64,000 nt of DNA, taken from contig OZ024742.1 in the NCBI GenBank assembly GCA_964016885.1, positions 186,310,001-186,374,000 of the forward strand, written 5' to 3'. Source of the DNA: Eledone cirrhosa. Lineage: Eukaryota. The stretch's first letter is position 1. Each line of letters opens with the position of its first letter. The translations under genes were made by a program, and so were the position numbers. Positions 1 through 15,000 of the stretch are shown here, piece by piece. The notes under the pieces were generated by a model. It ran no database searches and was not told the DNA's origin. It saw only the letters and a program-made list of their open reading frames with translations.

Positions 1-3000
1 GCTGGTGTCACAGTACAGTAGTAGTGCTGATGTCACAGTACAGTAGTAGGGTTGGTGTCACTGTACAGTAGTAGTGTTGGTCCCACAGTACAGTAGTAGT
101 GTTGGTCCCACAGTACAGTAGTAGTGTTGGTGTCACAGTACAGTAGTAGTGCTGGTGCCACAGTACAGTAGTAGAGCTGGTGTCACAGTACAGTAGTAGT
201 GGTGGTGTAACAGTACAGTAGTAGTGTTGGTGCCACAGTACAGTAGTAGTGTTGCTGTCACAGTAAGTAGTAGTGTTGGTGTCACAGTACAGTAGTAGTG
301 CTGGTGTCACAGTACAGTAGTAGTGCTGGTGCCACAGTACAGTAGCAGTGCTGGTGCCACAGTACAGTAGTAGTGTTGGTGTCACAGTACAGTAGTAGTG
401 CTCGTGTCACAGTAGAGTAGTAGTGTTGTTGCCACAGTACAGTAGTAGTGTTGGTGTCACAGTACAGTAGTAGTGCTGGTGCCACAGTACAGTAGCAATG
501 CTGGTGTCACAGTACAGTAGTAGTGCTGGTGCCACAGTACAGTAGTAGTGCTGGTGCCACAGTAGAGTAGTAGTGTTGGTGTCACAGTACAGTAGTAGTG
601 CTGGTCCCACAGTACAGTAGCAGTGCTGGTGTCACAGTAGAGTAGTGCTGGTGCCACAGTACAGTAGTAGTGCTGGTGTCACAGTACAGTAGTAGTGCTG
701 GTGCCACAGTACAGTAGTAGTGCTGGTGCCACAGTACAGTAGTAGTGTTGGTGTCACAGTACAGTAGTAGTGTTGTTGCCACAGAACAGTAGTAGTGTTG
801 GTGCCACAGTACAGTAGTAGTGCTGGTGTCACAGTACAGTAGTAGTGCTGGTGCCACAGTACAGTAGTAGTGTTGGTGCCACAGTACAGTAGTAGTGTTG
901 GTGTCACAGTAAGTAGTAGTGTTGGTGTCACAGTACAGTAGTGGTGCTGGTGCCACAGTACAGTAGTAGTGCTGGTGCCACAGTACAGTAGTAGTGTTGG
1001 TATCACAGTACAGTAGTAGTGCTCGTGTCACAGAAGAGTAGTAGTGCTGGTGCCACAGTACAGTAGTAGGGCTGGTGTCACAGTACAGTAGTAGTGCTGG
1101 TGCCACAGTACAGTAGTAGTGCTGGTGTCACAGTACAGTAGTAGTGCTGGTGCCACAGTACAGTAGTAGTGTTGGTGCCACAGTAGAGTAGTGCTGGTGT
1201 CACAGTAGTAGTGCTCGTGTCACAGAAGAGTAGTAGTGCTGGTGCCACAGTACAGTAGTAGTGCTGGTGCCACAGTACAGTAGCAGTGTTGGTGTCACAG
1301 TAGAGTAGTGCTGGTGTCACAGTACAGTAGTAGTGTTGGTGCCACAGTACAGTAGTAGAGCTGGTGCCACAGTACAGTAGTAGTGCTGGTATCACAGTAC
1401 AGTAGTAGTGCTGGTGCCACAGTACAGTAGTAGTGTTGGTGTCACAGTACAGTAGTAGTGCTGGTGTCACAGTACAGTAGTAATGCTGGTCCCACAGTGC
1501 AGTAGTAGTGTTGGTTCCACAGTACAGTAGTAGAGCTGGTGTCACAGTACAGTAGTAGAGCTGGTGTCACAGTACAGTAGTAGTGTTGGTGCCACAGTAC
1601 AGTAGCAGTGCTGGTGTCACAGTACAGTAGTAGTGCTGGTGCCACAGTACAGTAGTAGTGCTGGTGTCACAGTAGAGTAGTAGTGTTGGTGCCACAGTAC
1701 AGTAGTAGTGTTGGTGCCACAGTACAGTAGTGTTGGTCCCACAGTACAGTAGTAGTGTTGATCCCACAGTACAGTAGTAGTGCTTGTCCCACAGTACAGT
1801 TGTAGTGTTGGTGCCACAGTACAGTAGTAGTGTTGGTGCCACAGTACAGTAGTAGTGCTGTTCCACAGTACAGTAGTAGTGCTGGTGTCACAGTACAGTA
1901 GTAGTGCTGGTGTCACATACAGTAGTAGTGTTGGTGCCACAGTATAGTAGTAGTGTTGGTGTCACAGTACAGTAGTAGTGCTGGTGCCACAGTACAGTAG
2001 TAGTACTGGTGCCACAGTACATTATTAGTGCTGGTGCCACAGTACAGTAGTAGTGTTGGTGCCACAGTACATTAGTAGTGCTGGTGCCACAGTACAGTAG
2101 TAGTGCTGGTGTCACAGTAAAGTAAGTAGTAGTGCTGGTGTCACAGTACAGTAGTAGTGCTGGTGCCACAGTTAAGTAGCAGTGCTGGTGTCACAGTACA
2201 GTAGTGCTGGTGTCACAGCACAGTAGTAGTGTTGGTGTCACAGTACAGTAGTAGTGCTGGTGTCACAGTACAGTAGTAGTGCTGGTGCCACGGTACAGTA
2301 GCAGTGTTGGTGCCACAGTACAGTAGTAGTGCTGGTGTCACAGTACAGTAGTAGTGTTGGTGCCACAGTACAGTAGTAGTGCTGGTGCCACAGTACAGTA
2401 GTAGTGTTGTTACCATAGTACAGTAGTAGTGCTGGTGTCACAGTACAGTAGTAGTGTTGTTACCATAGTACAGTAGTAGTGCTGGTGTCACAGTACAGTA
2501 GTAGTGTTGTTACCATAGTACAGTAGTAGTGCTGGTGTCACAGTACAGTAGTAGTGCTGGTGTCACAGTACAGTAGTTGTGCTGGTGTCACAGTACAGTA
2601 GTAGTGCTGGTGCCACAGTACAGTAGGAGTGCTGGTGCCACAGTACAGTAGTAGTGCTGGTGTCACAGTACAGTAGTAGTGTTGGTGTCACGGTACAGTA
2701 GTAGTGTTGGTGCAACAGCACAGTACAGTAGTAGTGTTGTTGCCACAGTACAGTAGTAGTGTTGGTGTCACAGTACAGTAGTAGTGCTGGTGCCACAGTA
2801 CAGTAGCAGTGCTGGTGTCAGAGTACAGTAGTAGTGCTGGTGCCACAGTACAGTAGTAGTGCTGGTGCCACAGTAGAGGAGTAGTGTTGGTGTCACAGTA
2901 CAGTAGTAGTGCTGGTGCCACAGTACAGTAGCAGTGCTGGTGTCACAGTAGAGTAGTGCTGGTACCACAGTACAGTAGTAGTGCTGCTGCCACAGTACAG

Positions 3001-6000
3001 TAGTAGTGCTGGTGCCACAGTACAGCAGTAGTGTTGTTGCCACAGTACACTAGTAGTGTTGGTGCCACAGTACAGTAGTAGTGTTGGTTCCACGGTACAG
3101 TAGTAGAGCTGGTGTCACAGTTCAGTAGTAGTGCTGGCCCCACAGTACAGTAGTAGTGTTGGTGCCACAGTACAGTAGCAGTGCTGGTGTCACAGTACAG
3201 TAGTAGTGCTGGTGTCACAGTACAGTAGTAGTGCTGGTGTCACAGTACAGTAGTAGTTTTGGTGTCACGGTACAGTAGTAGTGTTGGTGCAACAGGACAG
3301 TACAGTAGTAGTGTTGTTGCCAGAGTACAGTAGTAGTGTTGGTCCCACAGTACAGTAGTGTTGGTGTCACAGTACAGTAGTAGTGCTGGTGCCACAGTAC
3401 AGTAGTAGAGCTGGTGTCACAGTACAGTAGTAGTGGTGGTGTCACAGTACAGTAGTAGTGTTGGTGCCACAGTACAGTAGTAGTGTTGGTGTCACAGTAA
3501 GTAGTAGTGTTGGTGTCACAGTACAGTAGTAGTGCTGGTGCCACAGTACAGTAGTAGTGCTGGTGCCACAGTACAGTAGTAGTGTTGGTGACACAGTACA
3601 GTAGTAGTGCTCGTGTCACAGTAGAGTAGTAGTGCTGGTGCCACAGTACAGTAGTAGTGCTGGTGTCACAGTACAGTAGTAGTGCTGGTGCCACAGTACA
3701 GTAGAACTGCTGGTGTCCCAGGACAGTAGTAGTGCTGGTGCCACAGTACAGTAGTAGTGCTGGTGCCACAGTACAGTAGTAGTGTTGGTGTCACAGTACA
3801 GTAGCAGTGCTGGTGCCACAGTACAGTAGCAGTGCTGGTGTCACAGTAGAGTAGTGCTGGTGTCACAGTAGAGTAGTGCTGGTGCCACAGTACAGTAGTA
3901 GTGCTGGTGTCACAGTAGAGTAGTGCTGGTGCCAAAGTACAGTAGTAGTGCTGGTTCCACAGTACAGTAGTAGTGTTGGTGTCACAGTACAGTAGTAGTG
4001 CCGGTGCCACAGTACAGTAGTAGTGTTGGTTCCACAGTACATTAGTAGTGCTGGTGCCACAGTACAGTAGTAGTGCTGGTGTCACAGTAAAGTAAGTAGT
4101 AGTGCTGGTGTCACAGTACAGTAGTAGTGCTGGTGACACAGTTAAGTAGCAGTGCTGGTGTCAAAGCACAGTAGTAGTGTTGGTGTCACAGTACAGTAGT
4201 AGTGTTGGTGTCACCGTACAGTAGTAGTGCTGCTGTCACAGTACAGTAGTAGTGCTGGTCTCACAGTACAGTAGTAGTGCTGATGTCACAGTACAGTAGT
4301 AGTGTTGGTGTCACAGTACAGTAGTAGTGCTGGTGCCACAGTACAGTAGCAGCGTTGGTGCCACAGTACAGTAGTAGTGCTGGTGCCACAGTACAGTAGT
4401 AGTGTTGGTTCCACAGTACAGTAGTAGTGCTGGTGCCACAGTACAGTAGTAGTGCTGGTGTCACATTACAGTAGTAGTGCTGGTGCCACAGTACAATAGT
4501 AGTGCTGGTTCCACAGTACAGTAGTAGTGCTGGTGCCACAGTACAGTAGTAGTGATGGTGTCACAGTACAGTAGTAGTGCAGGTGTCACAGTACAGTAGT
4601 AGTGCTGGTGTCACAGTACAGTAGTAGTGTTGGTGCCACAGTACAGTAGTAGTGTTGGTGTCACAGTACAGTAGTAGTGTTGGTGCCACAGTACAGTAGT
4701 AGTGCTGGTGTCACAGTACAGTAGTAGTGCTGGTGTCACAGTACAGTAGTAGTGCTGGTGCCACAGTACAGTAGCAGTGTTGGTGCCACAGTACAGTAGT
4801 AGTGCTGGTGTCACAGTACAGTAGTAGTGTTGGTGCCACAGTACAGTAGTAGTGCTGGTGCCACAGTACACTAGTAGTGTTGTTACCATAGTACAGTAGT
4901 AGTGCTGGTGTCACAGTACAGTAGTAGCGTTGTTACCATAGTACAGTAGTAGTGCTGGTGCAACAGTACAGTAGTAATGCTGGTGTCACAGTACAGTAGT
5001 AGTGCTGTTCCACAGTACAATAGTAGTGCTGGTGTCACAGTACAGTAGTAGTGCTGGTGCCACAGTACAGTAGCAGTGCTGGTGTCACAGTAGTGCTGGT
5101 GCCACAGTACAGTAGTAGTGCTGGTGCCACAGTACAGTAGTGCTGGTGCCACAGTACAGTAGTAGTGTTGGTGTCACTGTACAGTAGTAGTGTTGTTGCC
5201 ACAGTACAGAAGTAGTGTTGGTGCCACAGTACAGTAGTAGTGTTGGTGTCACAGTACAGTAGCAGTGTTGGTGCCACAGTACAGTAGTAGTGCTGGTGCC
5301 ACAGTACAGTAGTAGTGTTGGTTCCACAGTACAGTAGTAGTGCTGGTGCCACAGTACAGTAGTAGTGTTGGTGTCACATTACAGTAGTAGTGCTGGTGCC
5401 ACAGTTCAGTAGTAGTGCTCGTGCCACAGTACAGTAGTAGTGCTGGTGCCACAGTACAGTAGTAGTTATAGTGTCAAAGTACAGTAGTAGTGCAGGTGTC
5501 ACAGTACAGTAGTAGTGCAGGTGTCACAGTACAGTAGTAGTGCTGGTGTCACAGTATAGTAGTAGTGTTGGTGCCACAGTACAGTAGTAGTGTTGGTGTC
5601 ACAGTACAGTAGTAGTGCTGGTGCCACAGTACAGTAGCAGTGTTGGTGCCACAGTACAGTAGTAGTGTTGGTGCCACAGTACAGTAGTAGTGCTGGTGTC
5701 ACAGTACAGTAGTAGTGCTGGTCCCACAGTACAGTAGCAGTGCTGGTGTCACAGTAGAGTAGTGCTGGTGCCACAGTACAGTAGTAGTGTTGGTGTCACA
5801 GTAGAGTAGTGCTGGTTCCACAGTACAGTAGTAGTGCTGCTGCCACAGTACAGTAGTAGTGCTGGTGCCACAGTACAGCAGTAGTGTTGTTGCCACAGTA
5901 CACTAGTAGTGTTGGTGCCACAGTACAGTAGTAGTGTCGGTGCCACAGCACAGTAGTAGTGTTGGTTCCACGGTACAGTAGTAGAGCTGGTGTCACAGTT

Positions 6001-9000
6001 CAGTAGTAGTGCTGGTCCCACAGTACAGTAGTAGTGTTGGTGCCACAGTACAGTAGCAGTGCTGGTGTCACAGTACAGTAGTAGTGCTGGTGTCACAGTA
6101 CAGTAGTAGTGCTGGTGCCACAGTACAGTAGTAGTGCTGGTGTCACAGTACAGTAGTAGTTTTGGTGTCACGGTACAGTAGTAGTGTTGGTGCAACAGCA
6201 CAGTACAGTAGTAGTGTTGTTGCCACAGTACAGTAGTAGTGTTGGTCCCACAGTACAGTAGTAGTGTTGGTGTCACAGTACAGTAGTAGTGCTGGTGCCA
6301 CAGTACAGTAGTAGAGCTGGTGTCACAGTACAGTAGTAGTGGTGGTGTCACAGTACAGTAGTAGTGTTGGTGCCACAGTACAGTAGTAGTGTTGCTGTCA
6401 CAGTAAGTAGTAGTGTTGGTGTCACAGTACAGTAGTAGTGCTGGTGTCACAGTACAGTAGTAGTGCTGGTGCCACAGTACAGTAGTAGTGCTGGAGCCAC
6501 AGTACAGTAGTAGTGTTGGTGTCACAGTACAGTAGTAGTGCTCGTGTCACAGTAGAGTAGTAGTGTTGTTGCCACAGTACAGTAGTAGTGTTGGTGTCAC
6601 AGTACAGTAGTAGTGCTGGTGCCACAGTACAGTAGCAATGCTGGTGTCACAGTACAGTAGTAGTGCTGGTGCCACAGTACAGTAGTAGTGCTGGTGCCAC
6701 AGTAGAGTAGTAGTGTTGGTGTCACAGTACAGTAGTAGTGCTGGTCCCACAGTAGAGTAGCAGTGCTTGTGTCACAGTAGAGTAGTGCTGGTGCCACAGT
6801 ACAGTAGTAGTGCTGGTGTCACAGTACAGTAGTAGTGCTGGTGCCACAGTACAGTAGTAGTGCTGGTGCAAACAGTACAGTAGTAGTGTTGGTGTCACAG
6901 TACAGTAGTAGTGTTGTTGCCACAGTACAGTAGTAGTGTTGGTGCCACAGTACAGTAGTAGTGTTGGTGCCACAGTACAGTAGTAGTGTTGGTTCCACGG
7001 TACAGTAGTAGAGCTGGTGTCACAGTTCAGTAGTAGTGCTGGTCCCACAGTACAGTAGTAGTGTTGGTGCCACAGTACAGTAGCAGTGCTGGTGTCACAG
7101 TACAGTAGTAGTGCTGGTGCCACAGTACAGTAGTAGTGTTGGTGCCACAGTGCAGTAGTAGTGTTGGTCCCACAGTACAGTAGTAGAGCTGGTGTCACAG
7201 TACAGTAGTAGTGCTGGTGTCACAGTACAGTAGTAGTGCTGATGTCACAGTACAGTAGTAGGGTTGGTGTCACTGTACAGTAGTAGTGTTGGTCCCACAG
7301 TACAGTAGTAGTGTTGGTCCCACAGTACAGTAGTAGTGTTGGTGTCACAGTACAGTAGTAGTGCTGGTGCCACAGTACAGTAGTAGAGCTGGTGTCACAG
7401 TACAGTAGTAGTGGTGGTGTAACAGTACAGTAGTAGTGTTGGTGCCACAGTACAGTAGTAGTGTTGCTGTCACAGTAAGTAGTAGTGTTGGTGTCACAGT
7501 ACAGTAGTAGTGCTGGTGTCACAGTACAGTAGTAGTGCTGGTGCCACAGTACAGTAGTAGTGCTGGTGCCACAGTACAGTAGTAGTGTTGGTGTCACAGT
7601 ACAGTAGTAGTGCTCGTGTCACAGTAGAGTAGTAGTGTTGTTGCCACAGTACAGTAGTAGTGTTGGTGTCACAGTACAGTAGTAGTGCTGGTGCCACAGT
7701 ACAGTAGCAATGCTGGTGTCACAGTACAGTAGTAGTGCTGGTGCCACAGTACAGTAGTAGTGCTGGTGCCACAGTAGAGTAGTAGTGTTGGTGTCACAGT
7801 ACAGTAGTAGTGCTGGTCCCACAGTACAGTAGCAGTGCTGGTGTCACAGTAGAGTAGTGCTGGTGCCACAGTACAGTAGTAGTGCTGGTGTCACAGTACA
7901 GTAGTAGTGCTGGTGCCACAGTACAGTAGTAGTGCTGGTGCCACAGTACAGTAGTAGTGTTGGTGTCACAGTACAGTAGTAGTGTTGTTGCCACAGAACA
8001 GTAGTAGTGTTGGTGCCACAGTACAGTAGTAGTGCTGGTGTCACAGTACAGTAGTAGTGCTGGTGCCACAGTACAGTAGTAGTGTTGGTGCCACAGTACA
8101 GTAGTAGTGTTGGTGTCACAGTAAGTAGTAGTGTTGGTGTCACAGTACAGTAGTGGTGCTGGTGTCACAGTACAGTAGTAGTGCTGGTGCCACAGTACAG
8201 TAGTAGTGCTGGTGCCACAGTACAGTAGTAGTGTTGGTATCACAGTACAGTAGTAGTGCTCGTGTCACAGAAGAGTAGTAGTGCTGGTGCCACAGTACAG
8301 TAGTAGGGCTGGTGTCACAGTACAGTAGTAGTGCTGGTGCCACAGTACAGTAGTAGTGCTGGTGTCACAGTACAGTAGTAGTGCTGGTGCCACAGTACAG
8401 TAGTAGTGTTGGTGCCACAGTAGAGTAGTGCTGGTGTCACAGTAGTAGTGCTCGTGTCACAGAAGAGTAGTAGTGCTGGTGCCACAGTACAGTAGTAGTG
8501 CTGGTGCCACAGTACAGTAGCAGTGTTGGTGTCACAGTAGAGTAGTGCTGGTGTCACAGTACAGTAGTAGTGTTGGTGCCACAGTACAGTAGTAGAGCTG
8601 GTGCCACAGTACAGTAGTAGTGCTGGTATCACAGTACAGTAGTAGTGCTGGTGCCACAGTACAGTAGTAGTGTTGGTGTCACAGTACAGTAGTAGTGCTG
8701 GTGTCACAGTACAGTAGTAATGCTGGTCCCACAGTGCAGTAGTAGTGTTGGTTCCACAGTACAGTAGTAGAGCTGGTGTCACAGTACAGTAGTAGAGCTG
8801 GTGTCACAGTACAGTAGTAGTGTTGGTGCCACAGTACAGTAGCAGTGCTGGTGTCACAGTACAGTAGTAGTGCTGGTGCCACAGTACAGTAGTAGTGCTG
8901 GTGTCACAGTAGAGTAGTAGTGTTGGTGCCACAGTACAGTAGTAGTGTTGGTGCCACAGTACAGTAGTGTTGGTCCCACAGTACAGTAGTAGTGTTGATC

Positions 9001-12000
9001 CCACAGTACAGTAGTAGTGCTTGTCCCACAGTACAGTTGTAGTGTTGGTGCCACAGTACAGTAGTAGTGTTGGTGCCACAGTACAGTAGTAGTGCTGTTC
9101 CACAGTACAGTAGTAGTGCTGGTGTCACAGTACAGTAGTAGTGCTGGTGTCACATACAGTAGTAGTGTTGGTGCCACAGTATAGTAGTAGTGTTGGTGTC
9201 ACAGTACAGTAGTAGTGCTGGTGCCACAGTACATTATTAGTGCTGGTGCCACAGTACAGTAGTAGTGTTGGTGCCACAGTACATTAGTAGTGCTGGTGCC
9301 ACAGTACAGTAGTAGTGCTGGTGTCACAGTAAAGTAAGTAGTAGTGCTGGTGTCACAGTACAGTAGTAGTGCTGGTGCCACAGTTAAGTAGCAGTGCTGG
9401 TGTCACAGTACAGTAGTGCTGGTGTCACAGCACAGTAGTAGTGTTGGTGCCACAGTACAGTAGTAGTGCTGGTGTCACAGTACAGTAGTAGTGCTGGTGC
9501 CACGGTACAGTAGCAGTGTTGGTGCCACAGTACAGTAGTAGTGCTGGTGTCACAGTACAGTAGTAGTGTTGGTGCCACAGTACAGTAGTAGTGCTGGTGC
9601 CACAGTACAGTAGTAGTGTTGTTACCATAGTACAGTAGTAGTGCTGGTGTCACAGTACAGTAGTAGTGTTGTTACCATAGTACAGTAGTAGTGCTGGTGT
9701 CACAGTACAGTAGTAGTGTTGTTACCATAGTACAGTAGTAGTGCTGGTGTCACAGTACAGTAGTTGTGCTGGTGTCACAGTACAGTAGTAGTGCTGGTGC
9801 CACAGTACAGTAGGAGTGCTGGTGCCACAGTACAGTAGTAGTGCTGGTGTCACAGTACAGTAGTAGTGTTGGTGTCACGGTACAGTAGTAGTGTTGGTGC
9901 AACAGCACAGTACAGTAGTAGTGTTGTTGCCACAGTACAGTAGTAGTGTTGGTGTCACAGTACAGTAGTAGTGCTGGTGCCACAGTACAGTAGCAGTGCT
10001 GGTGTCAGAGTACAGTAGTAGTGCTGGTGCCACAGTACAGTAGTAGTGCTGGTGCCACAGTAGAGGAGTAGTGTTGGTGTCACAGTACAGTAGTAGTGCT
10101 GGTGCCACAGTACAGTAGCAGTGCTGGTGTCACAGTAGAGTAGTGCTGGTGCCACAGTACAGTAGTAGTGCTGCTGCCACAGTACAGTAGTAGTGCTGGT
10201 GCCACAGTACAGCAGTAGTGTTGTTGCCACAGTACACTAGTAGTGTTGGTGCCACAGTACAGTAGTAGTGTTGGTTCCACGGTACAGTAGTAGAGCTGGT
10301 GTCACAGTTCAGTAGTAGTGCTGGCCCCACAGTACAGTAGTAGTGTTGGTGCCACAGTACAGTAGCAGTGCTGGTGTCACAGTACAGTAGTAGTGCTGGT
10401 GTCACAGTACAGTAGTAGTGCTGGTGCCACAGTACAGTAGTAGTGCTGGTGTCACAGTACAGTAGTAGTTTTGGTGTCACGGTACAGTAGTAGTGTTGGT
10501 GCAACAGCACAGTACAGTAGTAGTGTTGTTGCCAGAGTACAGTAGTAGTGTTGGTCCCACAGTACAGTAGTGTTGGTGTCACAGTACAGTAGTAGTGCTG
10601 GTGCCACAGTACAGTAGTAGAGCTGGTGTCACAGTACAGTAGTAGTGGTGGTGTCACAGTACAGTAGTAGTGTTGGTGCCACAGTACAGTAGTAGTGTTG
10701 GTGTCACAGTAAGTAGTAGTGTTGGTGTCACAGTACAGTAGTAGTGCTGGTGCCACAGTACAGTAGTAGTGCTGGTGCCACAGTACAGTAGTAGTGTTGG
10801 TGACACAGTACAGTAGTAGTGCTCGTGTCACAGTAGAGTAGTAGTGCTGGTGCCACAGTACAGTAGTAGTGCTGGTGTCACAGTACAGTAGTAGTGCTGG
10901 TGCCACAGTACAGTAGTACTGCTGGTGTCCCAGGACAGTAGTAGTGCTGGTGCCACAGTACAGTAGTAGTGCTGGTGCCACAGTACAGTAGTAGTGTTGG
11001 TGTCACAGTACAGTATCAGTGCTGGTGCCACAGTACAGTAGCAGTGCTGGTGTCACAGTAGAGTAGTGCTGGTGCCACAGTACAGTAGTAGTGCTGGTGT
11101 CACAGTAGAGTAGTGCTGGTGCCACAGTACAGTAGTAGTGCTGGTGCCACAGTACAGTAGTAGTGTTGGCGTCACAGTACAGTAGTAGTGCCGGTGCCAC
11201 AGTACAGTAGTAGTGTTGGTTCCACAGTACATTAGTAATGCTGGTGCCACAGTACAGTAGTAGTGCTGGTGTCACAGTAAAGTAAGTAGTAGTGCTGGTG
11301 TCACAGTACAGTAGTAGTGCTGGTGACACAGTTAAGTAGCAGTGCTGGTGTCAAAGCACAGTAGTAGTGTTGGTGTCACAGTACAGTAGTAGTGTTGGTG
11401 TCACCGTACAGTAGTAGTGCTGCTGTCACAGTACAGTAGTAGTGCTGGTCTCACAGTACAGTAGTAGTGCTGATGTCACAGTACAGTAGTAGTGTTGGTG
11501 TCACAGTACAGTAGTAGTGCTGGTGCCACAGTACAATAGCAGCGTTGGTGCCACAGTACAGTAGTAGTGCTGGTGCCACAGTACAGTAGTAGTGTTGGTT
11601 CCACAGTACAGTAGTAGTGCTGGTGCCACAGTACAGTAGTAGTGCTGGTGTCACATTACAGTAGTAGTGCTGGTGCCACAGTACAATAGTAGTGCTGGTT
11701 CCACAGTACAGTAGTAGTGCTGGTGCCACAGTACAGTAGTAGTGATGGTGTCACAGTACAGTAGTAGTGCAGGTGTCACAGTACAGTAGTATTGCTGGTG
11801 TCACAGTACAGTAGTAGTGTTGGTGCCACAGTACAGTAGTAGTGTTGGTGTCACAGTACAGTAGTAGTGTTGGTGCCACAGTACAGTAGTAGTGCTGATG
11901 TCACAGTACAGTAGTAGTGCTGGTGTCACAGTACAGTAGTAGTGCTGGTGCCACAGTACAGTAGCAGTGTTGGTGCCACAGTACAGTAGTAGTGCTGGTG

Positions 12001-15000
12001 TCACAGTACAGTAGTAGTGTTGGTGCCACAGTACAGTAGTAGTGCTGGTGCCACAGTACACTAGTAGTGTTGTTACCATAGTACAGTAGTAGTGCTGGTG
12101 TCACAGTACAGTAGTAGCGTTGTTACCATAGTACAGTAGTAGTGCTGGTGCAACAGTACAGTAGTAATGCTGGTGTCACAGTACAGTAGTAGTGCTGGTG
12201 TCACAGTACAGTAGTAGTGCTGGTGCCACAGTACAGTAGTAGTGCTGGTGCCACAGTACAGTAGTTGTGCTGGTGGCACAGTACAGTAGTAGTGCTGGTG
12301 CCACAGTACAGTAGGAGTGCTGGTGCCACAGAACAGTAGTAGTGTTGTTACCATAGTACAGTAGTAGTGCTGGTGTCTCAGTACAGTAGTAGTGTTGTTA
12401 CCATAGTACAGTAGTAGTGCTGGTGCAACAGTACAGTAGTAGTGCTGGTGTCACAGTACAGTAGTAGTGCTGGTGTCACAGTACAGTAGTAGTGCTGGTG
12501 CCACAGTACAGTAGTAGTGCTGGTGCCACAGTACAGTAGTTGTGCTGGTGTCACAGTACAGTAGTAGTGCTGGTGCCACAGTACAGTAGGAGTGCTGGTG
12601 CCACAGTACATTAGTAGTGCTGGTGTCACAGTACAGTAGTAGTGTTGGTGTCACGGTACAGTAGTAGTGTTGGTGCCACAGCACAGTACAGTAGTAGTGT
12701 TGTTGCCACAGTACAGTAGTAGTGTCGGTGTCACAGTACAGTAGTAGTGCTGGTGCCACAGTACAGTAGTAGTGTTGGTGTCACAGTACAGTAGTAGTGC
12801 TGGTGTCACAGTACAGTAGTAGTGCTGGTGCCACAGTACAGTAGTAGTGCTGGTGTCACAGTACAGTAGTAGTGTTGATGCCACAGTACAGTAGTAGTGT
12901 TGGTTCCACGGTACAGTAGTAGAGCTGGTGTCACAGTACACTAGTAGTGCTGGTCCCACAGTACAGTAGTAGTGTTGGTGCAACAGTACAGTAGCAGTGC
13001 TGGTGTCACAGTACAGTAGTAGTGCCGATGCCACAGTACATTAGTAGTGCTGGTGTCACAGTACAGTAGTAGTGCTGGTGCCACAGTACAGTAGTAGTGT
13101 TGGTGCCACAGTACAGTAGTAGTGTTGGTGCTACAGTACAGTAGTAGTGCTGTTCCACAGTACAATAGTAGTGCTGGTGTCACAGTACAGTAGTAGTGCT
13201 GGTGCCACAGTACAGTAGCAGTGCTGGTGTCACAGTAGTGCTGGTGCCACAGTACAGTAGTGCTGGTGCCACAGTACAGTAGTGCTGGTGCCACAGTACA
13301 GTAGTAGTGTTGGTGTCACTGTACAGTAGTAGTGTTGTTGCCACAGTACAGTAGTAGTGTTGGTGCCACAGTACAGTAGTAGTGTTGGTGTCACAGTACA
13401 GTAGCAGTGTTGGTGCCACAGTACAGTAGTAGTGCTGGTGCCACAGTACAGTAGTAGTGTTGGTTCCACAGTACAGTAGTAGTGCTGGTGCCACAGTACA
13501 GTAGTAGTGCTGGTGTCACATTACAGTAGTAGTGCTGGTGCCACAGTACAGTAGTAGTGCTCGTGCCACAGTACAGTAGTAGTGCTGGTGCCAGAGTACA
13601 GTAGTAGTTATAGTGTCACAGTACAGTAGTAGTGCAGGTGTCACAGTACAGTAGTAGTGCAGGTGTCACAGTACAGTAGTAGTGCTGGTGTCACAGTACA
13701 GTAGTAGTGTTGGTGCCACAGTACAGTAGTAGTGTTGGTGTCACAGTAGAGTAGTGCTGGTGCCACAGTACAGTAGTAGTGCTGGTGTCACACTACAGTA
13801 GTAGTGCTGGTGTCACAGTACAGTAGTAGTGCTGGTGTCACAGTACAGTAGTAGTGCTGGTGCCACAGTACAGTAGCAGTGTTGGTGCCACAGTACAGTA
13901 GTAGTGTTGGTGCCACAGTACAGTAGTAGTGCTGGTGTCACAGTACAGTAGTAGTGCTGGTCCCACAGTAGAGTAGCGGTGCTGGTGTCACAGTAGAGTA
14001 GTGCTGGTGCCACAGTACAGTAGTAGTGCTGGTGCCACAGTACAGTAGTGCTGGTGCCACAGTACAGTAGTAGTGTTGGTGTCACAGTACACTAGTAGTG
14101 TTGTTGCCACAGTACAGTAGTAGTGTTGGTGCCACAGTACAGTAGTAGTGTTGGTGCCACAGTACAGTAGTAGTGTTGGTTCCACGGTACAGTAGTAGAG
14201 CTGGTGTCACAGTACACTAGTAGTGCTGGTCCCACAGTACAGTAGTAGTGTTGGTGCCACAGTACAGTTGTAGTGTTGGTGCCACAGTACAGTAGTAGTG
14301 CTGGTGCCACAGTACAGTAGTAGTGCTGGTGTCACAGTACAGTAGTAGTGCTGGTGCCACAGTATAGTAGTAGTGTTGGTGCCACAGTACAGCAGTAGTG
14401 TTGGTGCTACAGTACAGTAGTAGTGCTGTTCCACAGTACAGTAGTAGTGCTGGTGTCACAGTACAGTAGTAGTGCTGGTGTCACAGTACAGTAGTAGTGT
14501 TGGTGTCACAGTAGTAGTGTTGTTGTCACGGTACAGTAGTAGTGTTGGTGCAACAGCACAGTACAGTAGTAGTGTTGTTGCCACAGTACAGTAGTAGTGT
14601 TGGTGTCACAGTACAGGAGTAGTGCTGGTGCCACAGTACAGTAGTAGTGCTTGTGTCACAGTACAGTAGTAGTGCTCGTGTCACAGTAGAGTAGTAGTGC
14701 TGGTGCCACAGTACAGTAGTAGTGCTGGTGTCACAGTACAGTAGTAGTGCTGGTGCCACAGTACAGTAGTAGTGCTGGTGTCACAGTACAGTAGTAGTGC
14801 TGGTGCCACAGTACAGTAGCAGTGCTGGTGTCACAGTACAGTAGTAGTGCTGGTGCCACAGTACAGTAGTAGTGCTGGTGTCACAGTACAGTAGTAGTGT
14901 TGGTGTCACAGTACAGTAGTAGTGCTGGTGCCACAGTACAGTAGCAGTGCTGGTGTCACAGTAGAGTAGTGCTGGTGCCACAGTACAGTAGTAGTGTTGG

